Counted from the first letter of the stretch, positions 24,170-44,591 are shown. The stretch: 64,000 nt of DNA from Sminthopsis crassicaudata (GCF_048593235.1 NC_133623.1:1178001-1242000); one strand, 5' to 3'. Notes: a model not told the origin generated them from the letters alone. Program-made: numbers and translations.

Positions 24170-26190
24170 AGGAATGGCCTCAAGGCATTGGTGGCCAGAA
24201 TGAATGTCAACAGGTTAGAGTTCTTCTTTGAGCAAGCACAATCTGTTGCTATCTTAGAAGGAAAGTTGAGCCAACATCCAGTTGACATGAGTGGAGCAGA
24301 AAAGGAGTTGACAGCTTTCAGAGATCTGGTGCACAGCACTGCATTTGCTCATCTGGAGCAGATGAAATTCAGTATTATGCTGAAAGAAGAAAGCCAAAGT
24401 GCTTTTATGAAGCCCTGAAGGTCATCTATGGGCCAAAGACCTATGGTGGATCTCAATTACTCAGTGCTGATGGACCCACATTGATTAGTGCTAAGGACAT
24501 GATCCTAGAGAGCCGGGCAAAACACTTCTATAGTGTTTTCAACAGATTACCGTTATGTTCCTTCCATGTGGCAAAGCACCTAGTGCTAATTCTATTCCAG
24601 CTGAGATTTACAAGGTGCTCATCCAAAATCTGATTGAAAAATGCTGGGTCATACGGCAAGAGGAGGCTATTCTCCAGGAGTTCAAGGACGCCGCCAATGT
24701 TCAGCTCTATAAAAGTAAAAGGAATAGGATTGCCTGATAATAATCACAGGGTGGGGGGGGGTGTCTCTTTTTTAGTCACTGCTGGGAAGATTCTTGCCAG
24801 AGTTCTCCTTAAAAGGCTGATCCTTTACCTAGAAGATAGTCATCTACCTGAGAGCCAGTGTGGCTTCAGAAGGGACGGGGAATGGTTGAAAAGCTGTTTT
24901 CTGCCCAACTTCAGAAGTGCCAGGAGCAGAAAACACAAGGCTACATATAATGTTTGTAGATTTGACTAAGATCCTTGATACTGTCAATCATGAGGGCTTG
25001 TGGGAAATTATGTCAAGGTTTGGCTGCCTAGAAAAAAGCATCCGTGTTGTACATCACTTCCATGATGGCACATTTGCTTGGGGTGTAGCCAATGGATTTT
25101 GCGATGCTCTCGCATTTCCCCAGTTACCAATGGAGTAAAACAAGACCATATGCTGGCTCCCATGGTTTTTATCCATGATGTTTTCAGCCAGGTTGTCAAA
25201 CGCCTTCAATGAGGACGCATGTGGCATCAAAGTCAGGACCGAACCATGGTAAATTTTTCAACTTGAAAAGTCTACAAGCCAAAACTAAAGCGGAAAGGGG
25301 TGTTGGTCCTTGATTTTTTCTTTGCAGCCTCTGAAACTGAGATGCAACAAAGTATGGATCAATTCTCTGCTGCTTGTGTTAATTGTGGCCTAAGAATTAC
25401 CACGGAGAAAGCACAGGTGCTCCATCAGCCAGCACCATAGCATCAATACACGGAACCATAGGCTACAGCAAATGCCGTGGATAAGTTTACTTACCTTGGC
25501 GGTATACTCTCCAGGGATGTACAGATCGATAACGAAGCTGACACACAAATTGCTGGAGTTAGCTCAGTGTCTGGGAGACTCCGAAGTGTGGGAGAGAGGA
25601 AGTATTAAACTTCCTCCCAAAGTAAAGATCTACAGAGCCATTGTGCTGACCTCACTGTTATATGCTTGTGAAACCTGGACAGTGTAACCACGCCATGCCA
25701 GAAAACTGAAACGCTTCCATCTGAATTGTCTTAGGAAGATTCAGAAGATCACCTGGAAAGATAACATACCAGACACTAGTTCTGGAACTAAACTGCCCGG
25801 CATCCCAACTCTTACAGAAAGCACAACTCCAGTGGGCTGGCCACATTGTTTGAACACCAAATGTATATTTGCTAAAACGATTGTATGGAGGACGCACATA
25901 GGGCCTGCGCTCACATGCTGTCTCGAAAAAAAGCGTACAAGGAAACTCTCAAGGTCTCTCTGAAGAACTCTGGGAGATGCTGGCTCTGGGACCACTCAAC
26001 ATGGTGGGCCCTTATCAGGGAAGGGGTCATTGTTCTCTTAGCAAAGCAGAATTGAGGGCGCTCAAAAGAAACTTGAGATGTACAAAGTTAGAAAATCTAA
26101 CCAAAATGTTCATTGGAACTCTTTGCATCTGACTTGTGGGAGAACATTTTAGTCAGAGCAGCCATAGTTGGATACATTGTAAGTTGACTC
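24170..26190 (+). mobile_element. Decayed RTE-clade LINE (reverse transcriptase and 3' region)
   Basis: RT-like pieces in broken frames: TAGKILARVLLKRL, HLPESQCGFR, MFVDLTKILDTVNHEGLW, VKIYRAIVLTSLLYACETWTV. Multiple stops and frameshifts. Confidence 0.88.
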
Positions 26191-27170
26191 AACAAAACTG
26201 AAATCACATTGGCCCTCTCTGAGACAAAACGACAACAAACTAACCAACAGTCATCTTGCTTTGACGCATTTTCAATTTTGCTGTGAGATACTAAATATTG
26301 TTTCCAGTCTTATTACTTTGTTTTAATATTTCTCCTTTTCGTTTTACTCCCTTATCTTGTACACAGAGGAACACAGCAGGGAGGATTCAAAAGAAAGCAA
26401 TAAATTTTCATTTCAAGAAAACCTATATGATAAATCTGAGACATTGTTTTCGAAACTACCCAGCTTTCCTCCTCCTTCTGTTAGATTTTCTTTTATTCTC
26501 AGCTCTGCACTTTTAATGGTTTTTTTCTTTTCACTGCCCATCCCCAACCCTAGAAAAGGCTGCAATTAAACAAAGGTATATACATATACACCGATATCTA
26601 AAACATATAAATATAGAAACGTATACAATCAGGAAAACAAAACAGCACCTTATGGGCACTTTTAGAAAGTGTCATTCATTCAGATATATCAAGACCATTC
26701 TCTACTCCTTTGAGGATCTGAAACCATTGGTTCCCTCAGTCAATGAACATGGTGGACATGGAGGTATAACACACAAAGAGATCCATTCGCTGAAGGAATT
26801 CTGCATTGTGATAGAAGCAATCTGGTGCCTAGTCCTAGCCTAAGGACGGAGAAATCCTCCAGGTGCTCCTCTCTGTGGACAGCGTTGTGCTAACTGCATG
26901 GAGCTCCTGGACACCACTCAGACTCCTAGGAGAGGTCAGCACCCAAAGAAATGTGTCCATTTGAGAAAGACCAAGTAAATGAAGAATGTTATCATCCAGA
27001 TTTCAACATGCATCCACATGGGTATCCCATAGAGCTCGTATCTTGGTACGAGTGTAACGAAGGACCAATTGGGGCCCAATATTTAGAGCATGCTTAAATG
27101 TGTCCTTGGATTATAGAATGTGCGCTCAGATATTTCCTGCCTTGCTATAATCCATCATGTGAAACTTAAT

Positions 27171-27513
27171 TTTTTTTTTATAATTTATTTTCTTAATTTT
27201 ATACTTATAATTTTTTGACAGTATATATGCATGAGTAATTTTTTTTATAATATTATCCCTTGTATTCATTTTTCCAAATTATCCCCCCCTCCCTCCACTC
27301 CCTCCCCTAGATGACAGGCAATCCCATACATTTTACATGTGTTACAGTATAAGCTAGATACAATATATGTGTGTAAATCCCATTTTCTTGTTGCACGGTA
27401 AGGTATAAGTAACCTGGGTAGGTAGACAGTAGTGCTAACAGTTTACATTCACTTCCCAGTGTTCCTTCTCTGGGTGTAGCTGTTTCTGTCCATCGTTGAT
27501 CAACTGGAAGTGA
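27171..27513 (-). mobile_element. 5'-truncated L1 3' end
   Basis: Antisense of the same L1 3' UTR type as 780-1140. TSD aaacttaat at 27162-27170 and 27514-27522. Confidence 0.8.
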
Positions 27514-29208
27514 AAACTTAATATTTTAACATTCATTTTTACAGTGTTGAGTTCCAGATGATTTCCTTCCCTCCAGTCCCTCCCCTATCAATAGGATACT
27601 CATTATGCATGTGAAGTCTTGTAAAAATATTTCCATATTAGCAACATGTGAAACTTTCAAAACCAGTTTTCAGCCATGGATGACTAAGGGGCTGGTATTA
27701 TGTGATGATGAAAGGGTTTTTAAGTGGCTGAGGAATGGGAAGAACCAATGACTCAGGAGGTATTGAGCCAGAACTGAATATATGCACAATAGACTTCTTG
27801 TTCTATCAGTTTCTCCTCTTTCCTTAGTTGTGAGTCAAGACTGCTGGGAGCTTCTGGGTGGAGGACTGGTGGCAAGCAGTATTACATCATCAAGCTGGCT
27901 GCCATGTCTCTGGGAGCACACGCCAGCTCTTTCTTTTACATTTATTCTTTCCTCATCTGAGGTAAATGAATCTTCTAAGGTGTCCAGGTGAGTGTGATAT
28001 TACATCTCTAACTGGAGTTCATAGCAGTGGCCACCACAGTAGTAGCAGTTGTTCACAGAGGCAGCCCTGCAGTCAAATGTGGAAAGATAATCGCTCAACG
28101 ATAGTGGCAGCTTCAGGGATGGTGGCCTCTCATGATGGAGAGAAAAGGAATGTATTGAATCTAGAAAGATAGCGATTCTCAGAGCCCCAGAGGGGCTCAC
28201 CGGGGGTGAACTTACTCCCTGAAGGGAAAAAAGGACTACTGGGGCCAGGACTCAGGAGACAGCCTCTAGTCATGTATGTTCTCTTACTGCCATTGTACTC
28301 TAAATCAAAACCCACTCTCCTTGGGACCTTGTGTGTGCAAAGGGGAACGTGTGACCTGGTTTGAAGGGAAAGCTTTGAGATAACTCTTCTTGCTGTACCT
28401 TATCTTATCCAAATCTTAAGATTCCCTTGTAAAAGGTACATAGGATTAAAAAAAAAAAAAAGACTTCAGTGGCTTAAATGGGAGCACACTACTTGGGACA
28501 TGTAAGTGGCAGTATTAAAAGCTGCAACTCCTCAGCTACCCATCAGACCCTGAAAGGAGAAGGAGTATTTGCCCTCTGGGACCCAAGTTGCTATTAAGAG
28601 TAAGAATCGGAGCAAGATCATATGATGTTCTGATGGACGTGGTCTTCTCAGCAATAAGACAATTCAGGCCAGTTCCAATAGTTTTGTGATGGAGAGCCAA
28701 GTGCTCCCAGAGAGGACTGAGTGTGGATCACAACTTAGTATTTTCACTTCTTTTGTTGTTTGCTTGAATTTTATTTTCTGCCATACCAAACTCCTAAGAA
28801 ATGAGTTTATAGATCTAGAAAAATAATAACAAAGTTCATCTGGAAGAGCAAAAAAATTCAAGGGAATTAATGAAAAAAATGCCAATGAAGGTGGCCTAGT
28901 GGTGCCAGATCTAAAACAATATTATAAAGCAGTGGTCATCAGAACCATTTGATACTGGCTAAGAAATAGAGTAGTCGATCCGTGGAATAGGTCTGATTCA
29001 CAGGACAAAATAGTCAATGACTCTAGCAAGCTAGTGTTTGACAAACCTAAAGACCCCAACTTTTGGGGTAAGAACTCATCATCTGACAAAAACTGCTGGG
29101 AAAATTGGAAACTAGTATGGAAGAAACTAGGCAGTGGCCCACACTTAACACTGTACACCAAGATAAGATTGAAATGGGTCCATGATTTAGACATAGAGTG
29201 ATATGATA

Positions 29209-30197
29209 TATGAAAAGGTGCTCCAAATCACTATTGATCAGAGAAATGCAAGTTAAGACAACTCTGAGATACCACTACACACCTAGATAGGCTAGGATGA
29301 CAGGGAAAGGTAATGCAGAATGTTGGAGGGGATGTGGGAAAACTGGGACACTAATACATTGTTGGTGGAGCTGTGAAAGAATCCGGCCATTCTGGAGAGC
29401 AATTTGGAACTATGCCCAAAAAGTTATCAAACTATGCATACCTTTTGATCCAGCAGTCTACTACTGGGCTTATATCCCAAAGAAATACTAAAGAAGGGAA
29501 AGGGACCTGTATGTGCCAAAATGTTTGTAGCAGCCCTTTTTATAGTGGCAAGAACCTGGAAACTGAGTGGCTGCTTATTAGTTGGAGAATGGCTGAATAA
29601 ATTTTGGTATATGAATGTTATGGGATATTATTGTTCTATAAGAAAAGATCAGCAGGATGATTTCAAAAAGCCTGGAGAGACTTACATGAACTGCTGCTGA
29701 GTAAAATGAGCAAATTCAGGAGATCATTGTACATGGCAACAAGATTCTACGATGATCAATTCTGATGGATGAGGCTTTCTTCAACAATGAGATGATTCAA
29801 ACCAATTCCACTTGTTCAATGATGAAGAGAGCCATGTACCCCCAGAGAGAGGACTGGGAACAGAGTGTGGTTCACACCATAGCATTTCCACTTTTTCTAT
29901 TATTGTTTGCTTGCATTTTTGTTTTCCTTCTCAGGTTTTTTTTTTCTTTTTAGATCTGATTTTTCTTGTGCAGAAAGATAACTGTATAAATATTATACAT
30001 ATATTGGATCTAACATATATTTTAAAATATTTAACATGTATTGGACTACCTGCCATCTAAGGGAGGGGGTGCAGGGAAAGTGGGGAAAATTTGGAACAGA
30101 AGGTTTTGCAAAGGTCAGTGTTGAAAAATTACCCAGGCATATGTTTTGTAAATAAAAAGATATAATAAAATAAAATTTAAAATAATTTTTTAAAAAA
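29209..30197 (+). mobile_element. Nested 5'-truncated L1
   Basis: ORF2 C-terminus, 3' UTR and A-rich tail. 14-bp TSD agagtgatatgata at 29195-29208 and 30198-30211. Confidence 0.85.
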
Positions 30198-30801
30198 AGA
30201 GTGATATGATAAGCAAATTAGAAGAACAACGGATAGTCTGCCTCTCAGATCTGTGGAAAAGGAAGGAATTTGTAATAGATAATTTTGATTATATTAAGGT
30301 AAAAAGTTTCTATAAAAATAAACTCAATAAATTGGGAAAAGATTTTTACATTTAAGGGTTCTGATAAAGGCCTCATTTCTAAAATATATAGAGAATTGAC
30401 TCTAATTTATAAGAAATCAAGCCATTCTCCAATTGATAAATGGTCAAAGGATATGAACAGACAATTCTCAGACGAAGAAATTGAAACTATTTGTAGCCAT
30501 ATGAAAAGGTGCTCTAAACATTACTGATCAGAGAAATGCAAATTAAGACAACTCTGAAGTACCACTACATACCCCTCAGATAGACTGAGATAAAGGGAAA
30601 AGATAATGACAAATGTTGGAGGGTATGTGGGAAAACTGGGACACTAATATATTGTTGGTGGAGTTGTAAACTGACACAATCATTCTAGAGAGCAATTTGG
30701 ATCTATTCCCCAAAGGGCTATCAAATTGTGGATCCCCTTTGATCCAGCAGAGTGTCTACTAGGTTTGTATTCCCAAGAGACCATTACAAAGGGAAAAGGA
30801 C

Positions 30802-33800
30802 TATTGACCTAATAAATAAAACTAAGAGTTGGTTTTATGAAAAAAAAAAAAAATACAATAGATAAACCTTTGGTAAATCTGATCAGAAAAAGGAGAGAGG
30901 AAAATCAAATTGTTAGTCTTAAAAATGAAAAGGGAGAACTTTCCACCAATGAAGAGGAAATTAGAGAAATAAGGAGTTACTTTGCCCAACTTTATAACCG
31001 AAGTGAAATGGACGACTACCTCCAAAAATATAGGCTTCCCAGATTAAGAGAGGAGGAAGTAAATTGCTTAAATAGTCCCATTTCAGAAAAAGAAATAGAA
31101 CAAACTATTAATCAATTCCCTAAGAAAAAATCCCCAGGACCAGATGGATTTACATGTGAATTCTACCAAACGTTAAAAGAACAATTAGCCCCAAAGCTAT
31201 ATAAACTATCTGAAAAAATAGGGAATGAAAGAGTCCTACCAAACTCCTTTTATGACACAGACATGGTACTGATCCCTAAACCAGAGAGGTTGAAAACTGA
31301 GAAAGAAAATTATAGACCAATCTCCCTAATGAATTTCGATGCTAAAATCTTAAACAAGACATTAGCAAAAAGACTACAGATAATCATCTCCAGGATAATA
31401 CACCATGATCAAGTGGGATTTATACCAGGAATACAGGGCTGGTTTAATATTAGGAAAACTATCAGTATAATTGGCCATATCAATAACTAAATTAACAAAA
31501 ACCATATGATCATCTCAATAGATGCAGAAAAAGCATTTGATAAGATCCAACATCCATTCCTATTAAAAACACTTGAGATATAGGAATAAATGGGACTTTT
31601 CTTTAAAATAATCAGTAGCATCTATTTAAAACCATCAGTAAGCATCATATATAATGGGGATAAACTGCAACCATTGCCAATAAGATCAGGAGTCAAACAA
31701 GGTTGCCCACTATCACCATTACTATTCAATATTGTATTAGAAATGCTAGCTTTGCCAATAAGAATTGAGAAAGAGATTAAAGGAATTAGAGTAGGTAATG
31801 AGGAAATCAAATTATCACTCTTTGCTGATGATATGATGGTATACTTAGAGAACCCCAGAGATTCTACTAAAAAGCTATTAGAAATAATCCACAACTTTAG
31901 CAAAGGTTCAGGATACAAAATAAACCCACATAAATCCTCAGCATTCTTATATATCACCAACACACTCCAACAGTTAGAGTTACAAAGAGAAATTCCATTT
32001 AAAGTAACTACCAATAGTATAAAATATTTAGGAATCTATCTGCCAAGGGAAAATCAGAAACTATATGAGCAAAACTACAAAACACTTTCCACACAAATTA
32101 AGTCTGATCTAACAAACTGGAAAAATATTAAATGCTCTTAGATAGGTCGAGCAAATATAATAAAGATGACAATACTCCGTAAACTGATCTATTTATTTAG
32201 CGCTATACCAGACTCCCAAAAAACTATTTTAATGACCTAGAAAAAATAACAACAAAGTGCATATGGAAAAACAAAAAGTCAAGAATTTTAAGGGAATTAA
32301 TGAAAAAAAAATCAAATGAAGGTGGCCTAGCTCTATCAGATCTAAAATTATATTATAAAGCAGCAGTCACCAAAACCATTTGGTATTGGCTAAGAAATAG
32401 ACTAGGTGATCAATGGAATAGGTTAGGTTCAAAGGCCAAAATAGTGTACAACAATAGCAATCTAGTGTTTGACAAACCCAGGGACCCCAGCTTTTGGGAT
32501 AAGAACTCAATGTTTGACAAAAATTGCTGGGAAAATTGGAAATTAGTATGGCAGAAACTAGGCATTGACCCATGCTTAACACCATACACCAAGACAAGGT
32601 CAAAATGGGTTCATGATCTAGGCATAAAGAATGAGATTATAAATAAATTAGAGGAATATAGTATAGTTTTACCTCTCAGACCTGTGGAGGAGGAAGGAAT
32701 TTATGACCAAAGAAGAACTAGAGCTCATTATTGATCACAAAATAGAAAATTTTGATTATAACAAATTGAAAAGTTTTTGTACAAACAAAACTAATGCAGA
32801 CAAGATTAGAAAGGAAGCAATAAACTGGGAAAACATTTTTACAGTGAAAGGTTCTGATAAAGACCTCAATTTCAAAATATATAGAAGAATTAACTCTAAT
32901 TTATAAGAAATCAAGCCATTCTCCAATTGATAAATGGTCAGAGGATATGAACAGACAATTCTCAGACGAAGAAAATGAAACTATTTCTAGCCATATGAAA
33001 AGATGCTCCAAGTCATTATTAATCAGAGAAATGCAAATTAAGACAACTCTGAGATACCACTACACACCTCTCAGACTGGCTAAGATGACAGCAAAAGATA
33101 ATGCTGAATATTGGAGGGGATGTGGGGAAATTGGGACACTAATACATTGTTGGTGGAGTTGTGAATGGATCTAGCCTTTCTGGAGAGCAATTTGGAACTA
33201 TACTCAAAAAGTTATCAAACTGGGCGTGCCCTTTGATCCAGCAGTGCTACTACTGGGCTTATATCTCCAAGAAATACTAAAGAAGGGAAAGGGACTCACA
33301 TGTGCAAGAATGTTTGTGGCAGCCCTCTTTGTAGTGGCCAGAACCTGGAAACCGAGTAGATGCCCATCTATTGGAGAATGGCTGAATAAATTGTGGTGCA
33401 CGAATGTTATGGAATATTACTGTTCTGTAAGAAATGACCAGCAGGAGGATTTCAGAAAGGCCTGGAGGGACTTACATGAACTGATGCTGAGTGAAAGGAG
33501 CAGGACCAGGAGATCATTATATACTTCAACAACAATACTATATGAGGATCAGTTCTGATAGACGTGGTTCTCTTCAACAATGAGATGAACCAAATCAGTT
33601 CCCATAGAGCAGTAATGAACTGAACCAGCTACACCCAGGGAAAAAACTCTGGGAGATGACAATGAACCACTACATAGAATTCCCAATCCCTCTAATTTTG
33701 TCTGCCTGTGTTTTTGTCTTCCTTCACAGACTAATTGTACACTATTTCAAAGTCCGATTCTTTTTGTACAGCAAAATAACTGTTTGGACATGTATCCATA

Positions 33801-33983
33801 TATTGTATTTAATTTATACTTTAACATATTTAACATGTATTGGTCAACCTGCCATCTGGGAGAAGGGGTGGGGGGAAGGAGGGGAAAGGTTGGAACAAAA
33901 GGTTTTGCAGTTGTCAATGCTGTAAAATTACCCATGCATATATCTGGTAAATAAAAAGCTATTAAAAAAAAAAAAAAAAAAAA
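30802..33983 (+). mobile_element. Nested 3.2-kb 5'-truncated L1 with RT domain (inactive)
   Basis: ORF2 pieces 30837-31490 ([17 protein letters not shown]), 31590-32141 (GVKQGCPLSP, LFADD), 32300-32734, 32947-33174, 33226-33558. Poly(A) tail. 14-bp TSD aaagggaaaaggac at 30788-30801 and 33984-33997. Confidence 0.95.
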
Positions 33984-36604
33984 AAAGGGAAAAGGACCCA
34001 AATGTGCAAAAATGCTTGTAGTGGCCCTTTTCATTGTGGCCAGAAACTGGAAACTAAGTGGATGCCCTTTAGCTGGAGAATGGCTGAATAAGTGATGGTA
34101 TATGAAGGTTGTGGAATATTATTGTCCTGTAAGAAATGACCAGCAGGAGGAATACAGAGAGGTTTGGAGAGACTTGCATGAACTGATGCTGAGTGAAATG
34201 AGCAGGACCAGATCATTGTACACTTCAACAACGATACTGTATGAGGATGGATTCTGGTGTGGCTCTCTTCAACAATGAAATGATCCAGACCGTTTCCAAT
34301 TGTCTTGTGAGGGAGAGAGCCGTCTACCCCCAGAGAGAGGACTGTGGGAACTGAGTGTTGACCACAACCTAGCATTCTCACTCTTTCTGTTGTTGTTTGC
34401 TCGCATTTTCTTTTCTTTTTCATTTTTTTTTTCTGGTTTGATTTTTCTTGTGCAGCGTGATAACTGTATAAATATGTATGCATATATTGGATTTAACATA
34501 TATTTCTACCATGTATAACCTATATTGGAGTACTTGCCATCTAGGGGAGGGCATGGGGGGAGGGGAAATGGGAGCACAGGGTTTTGCAAGGGTCAATGGT
34601 GAAAAATTATCCTCGTGTATGTTTTGAAAATAAAACGTTGTAATAAAACAAATTTTAAAAAGAATTTACTTTTCTTTCTAATTTTTCTTGTGCAGTATGA
34701 TAACTGTATAAATTTGTACACATATATTGGATTTACATATGTTTTTGCCATGCTTAACCCATATTGGACTACTTGCCACGTAGGGGAGGGAGTGAAGGGA
34801 AGGTGGGGAAATGGGAGCACAGGGTTTTGCAAGGGTCAATGGTGAAAAATTATCCTTGTGTATGTTTTGAAAATAAAAAGCTTCAGTAAAACAAGAGTGG
34901 GGGTTGGCAGGCTGGCTCCAGAAGGGGTCCCGACATTTCCATGTACATCCGTGCCATCTCCGCATGATAGTCTGTCCTGTATCTATGCCCCTCCCGAATC
35001 AGGTGTGGCTTTTTGGAGGCCAGGGACTATGTGTGGCCTGTTTTTGTATCCCCGGGGCTTAGCTTCGTGCCCGGCTACGCGCCTAGTAAATATTTCTTGA
35101 CTGATAAACTGCTCGGGACAGACTGGACTGGGTCGGCTTCAGCACGGAAAAGGGGTGTTGGCTGGGTTGTTTTTGTTGTGGAGAAACTCCCAGGCCTTTC
35201 TCCAGAGCTCAAGCTCCCCCGAAAGCCCACGCGTGTCTTTTCCATCCTAGTATTTAAGATGGCACAGCGGCAAGCCCTTGAACGCCACTGCTAAGCCTCA
35301 GTTTAGTGTTAGAAAAGAAACCCGAGTATGGCCCAGTGGAGCGTCAGGAGCAATGCTAGGCAGCCAGGGTGTGGGCAAGCCGAGCCATATGGGCCAACAA
35401 CCATGAACATTAGCTAGAACTTCAAGGTTTCCAAAGCACATCTGCCCTGATTCGAGCGTCAGGTACCCATTTTTCAGATGAGGAAACTGAGGCCCAAAGA
35501 AGCGCACTGCCAAAGGTCATTCCTGAGTGCCTGGGGTAGGAAGTTTCAAGTCGAGGGAGCAAATGTGCAAGAGAAGAGGGGAGACCTGAGGCCGAGACTT
35601 GGGGCGCGGGCCCTCGTGGGAACGAGGCCGCGACCTACCAGGAAGCCAGACGCCCGAAAAACGGGCCACTCGAGGGAAGGACGGCGGCGACACACAGCCC
35701 AGGGCGCTAAGTTGAGACCACCAGCTGAGAAGCCCGGGAGGTCACATGGGGGGCGGAGTCGCGAGGCCTTCTCGCGCTATCCCGCGGGAACTTAGCGTTG
35801 GCTGGGGATTTCAGGGTTCCCAGCTAGAGGGCTGTGCTGGCCCAAAGTCCCGTAAAGCCGACCTCCCCCCCCACGGGGGGGGGGGGTGTCGGTGTGTAAC
35901 GCCCAGGGTGACGAGAAGGGAGAGGGGAAGGGCGGTGCAGGGGCGGGCCCTAAACGTCTCTCCGAAGACAAATAGTTCCTTTTGCTCGGGCATGGGGCCC
36001 CGCCTCCGAGCCGGGGATGGCGATTGGGGGGCGGAGGGAGAGAGGGTGCCCGTGGAGTAGTTCCGCCCCAAATTCTGCATGGGAGCCGGAGGAGGGGGGA
36101 GGCGGTGCCTTTGGGGAGCCCCGCCTTAGGCTTGCGGCACGCATCGAGGGCCGGGCCTGGGGGAGCCTTAGCTCTAGGAGAGGAAGGGCGAGGAGGCGGG
36201 ACCCGGCTCGCCTGGACCCGCCTCCGAGCGCTTGGTGAGGCCAAGGGGCGGGGCCGAATCGCGTTCCGGAGGCGGAGCCCTCGCCTCGTTAGCGTGCGGC
36301 GATTGGCTTCGGAGTCGGCCTGCGGGGCTTTTTGGTCACTTCCGGAGATGCTTCCCCCCCCCCCCCCCCGATGCAAAGGGGCGGGACGGGGCGGGGAGGG
36401 GAGGGGCAGCCTGGCGATGAGTCAGGGCCCAGCCCGTGTGGCTGACGCCGGCGCCCGGAGGAGGCCTGAGACCGCCTCCTCCTCCTCTTTCCCCTGGCCG
36501 CGTCCGGCTCGGCTCCGCTCGGCTCGGCTGCTGGCCGGCGGGCTGGTGCCGATGGCGGCCGGCGGGTCGTGAGGCAGCGAACGATCCCGCGGCCTCCGGC
36601 GCCC

Positions 36605-42701
<6,097 letters not shown>

Positions 42702-42986
42702 TGAAGCCCCGCCTTCCGACAGCCCCTTGGCGCAGACGCATACGTTCCCACCCCTCCCCTTCCCACTTCCCCCCTCCCTTTGGCTGAAAGAAGGGGCGGG
42801 GCCTGGGCGGAAAAAGGGCTGCCTCCTCCTTCCTCCTCCCCCTTTCCCCCCCCCCTCCCCTTCGGCATCGGAGTTATAACCGTGAAAGCCCCGTGTAGAT
42901 CCTGGAAACTGACAGGCTGCGGGTTGGACTTGGGGGGAGGGGGGAGGGGGTTGCGGCCCGCGGGCAACGCTTCTCATGGCAGACAC

Positions 42987-42992
42987 AATAAA
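42987..42992 (+). terminator. Probable TFE3 polyadenylation signal (AATAAA)
   Basis: The only canonical AATAAA I found between the TFE3 stop (42701) and the GRIPAP1 ATG (43471). Confidence 0.6.
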
Positions 42993-42999
42993 ACATGGC

Positions 43000-43470
43000 T
43001 CAACTTTGTTAAAGAGCTTTGAAGTCGGTCCGCTCCTTTTCGGGCTGGGGGGGGAGAGGAAGTTGCTGGGGAGTGCGGCGAACCGTAGCCGGGCCGGGAA
43101 GCACTGGCAGATGTGCCAGCAGCCAGACCTTCCTCCTTCCGGTCTTTTTCCCTCAAGGCATGAAACCGGGGCGGGCATAGAGGGCGGAGCGGGGGGAGGG
43201 CTCAACGGGACTTCCGGCGTAAGGAGACGCCTGCCTTCCCAGCACCCTCTCTTCCCGCCGGGCACCACCAAAAGCCGAGTACCCAGGGGGAGGGAGAGAG
43301 AGACAGACATCGAATCGCTCGTCTTAGTCCGGGCCGTCTCACCTGGCGACGTCCTTCCCTTTCTCACCCCGTGCCATTGGCAGCGTCCCACTTTCCTGGA
43401 GTCGTAGCTCTGCTGAGGCGGTTGCGCCTGCGCGGACGGCACCGGAGGCGGTTGGGGGGAGGGCAAGAAC
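43000..43470 (+). promoter_or_regulatory. GRIPAP1 CpG-rich promoter
   Basis: GC boxes, ETS-like gacttccggcg (about 43209-43219), NRF1-like tgcgcctgcgc (about 43423), directly upstream of the ATG. Confidence 0.65.
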
Positions 43471-44555
43471 ATGGCGCAGGCTCTTTCCGAAGAGGAGTTC
43501 CAACGGATGCAGGTGGCTGGAAGCGAGGCGCGGGGCCGGGGGAAGGCTGGGCGGGGTTGGGAGGGTATGGGCTGGAGGAAGAGCGAGGGTCTTCCTAGTA
43601 ATTGTGTGGGAGGAGCCCCTAAGGGGTTGCGGGGGAGGGGAGCGGGATCGAATCCTGCTAGAGGGACGTTCTGTGGGCGGGGTTAGCGGGGCCCAGCGAG
43701 CGAGGGCCCAATCGGGGTCCGAGAAGGGCGGGCACTGCCGGACTCGGAACGGAAGGACGACCAATAGGAAGCACTGGGAGGCGGGACGCTCAGTCAGGGT
43801 CTGAGGAAGGCAGGGTCCAAGAGAGCACTGAGGAAAGGAAGAGCCAATAGGGATCCAAGGAGAGCAGTGGAGGGAGGCGGGACCCATGGGACCGGAAGGG
43901 ACCGAAGAGCTGAGCAAAAAAAAAAAAAAAAAAAGGGGGGGGGGGGCCTTTCCAATTTCGGAGGGAGACCTTCCAGAGGGAAGCCCCCAGTGGTAGGAGA
44001 ATCCTTCTCTCGGTTACTGTGACCCTCAACGACTCGCTTGCTGCACCAAGAGTTGGGGGGGGGGAATCTGATGTGCTGATTTCTAAGAGATGGGGGGTGG
44101 TACTGAAGAAAAGGGGGACTCCTGCCCTGCCCCACTAGGCCCAGCTCCTGGAGCTTCGGACCCAGAACTACCAGCTGTCAGACGAGCTGAGGAAGAATGG
44201 TGTTGGTAAGGCTGCAGGGGAAAGGGGGGCTGGGGGCGGGGTGCTAAATGGAGGCCTTCCCTGGTGATCACTGAGATGAGCTGCTGTGAGGGGGGGGGGG
44301 AAGCTCTTGATGCCTCAGTCGTCAAACGGATGGAAGACCAACAGCAGCCCGTCAGCCATGGAACTCCCGCCCCTGTTTTTCTGTCCTCAGAGATCACCTC
44401 CCTCCGGCAGAGAATCACCTTCCTGGACAAGGAGTTTGCCCGAGCCCAGAAGGTGTTCAGGATGATCCCTGTGTCTCATGGACTATCCACTACTTGGGAG
44501 TCTCCCTGCCTTTCTGCCTGTCTCAAGTTGTTCCCTCAGCTGTACCTCCTTGCCT

Positions 44556-44591
<36 letters not shown>

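Larger units (their letters stand above)
28778..34890 (+). mobile_element. Older host L1 (ORF2 3' third and 3' UTR) split by two nested L1 insertions
   Basis: Segments 28778-29208, 30212-30801 and 33998 to about 34890 join into one collinear L1 once the inserts are removed. Confidence 0.8.

Noticed and set aside
30802-33983. Potentially active L1
   Set aside because: 5'-truncated (no ORF1 or EN start), and ORF2 is split by several stops and frameshifts.
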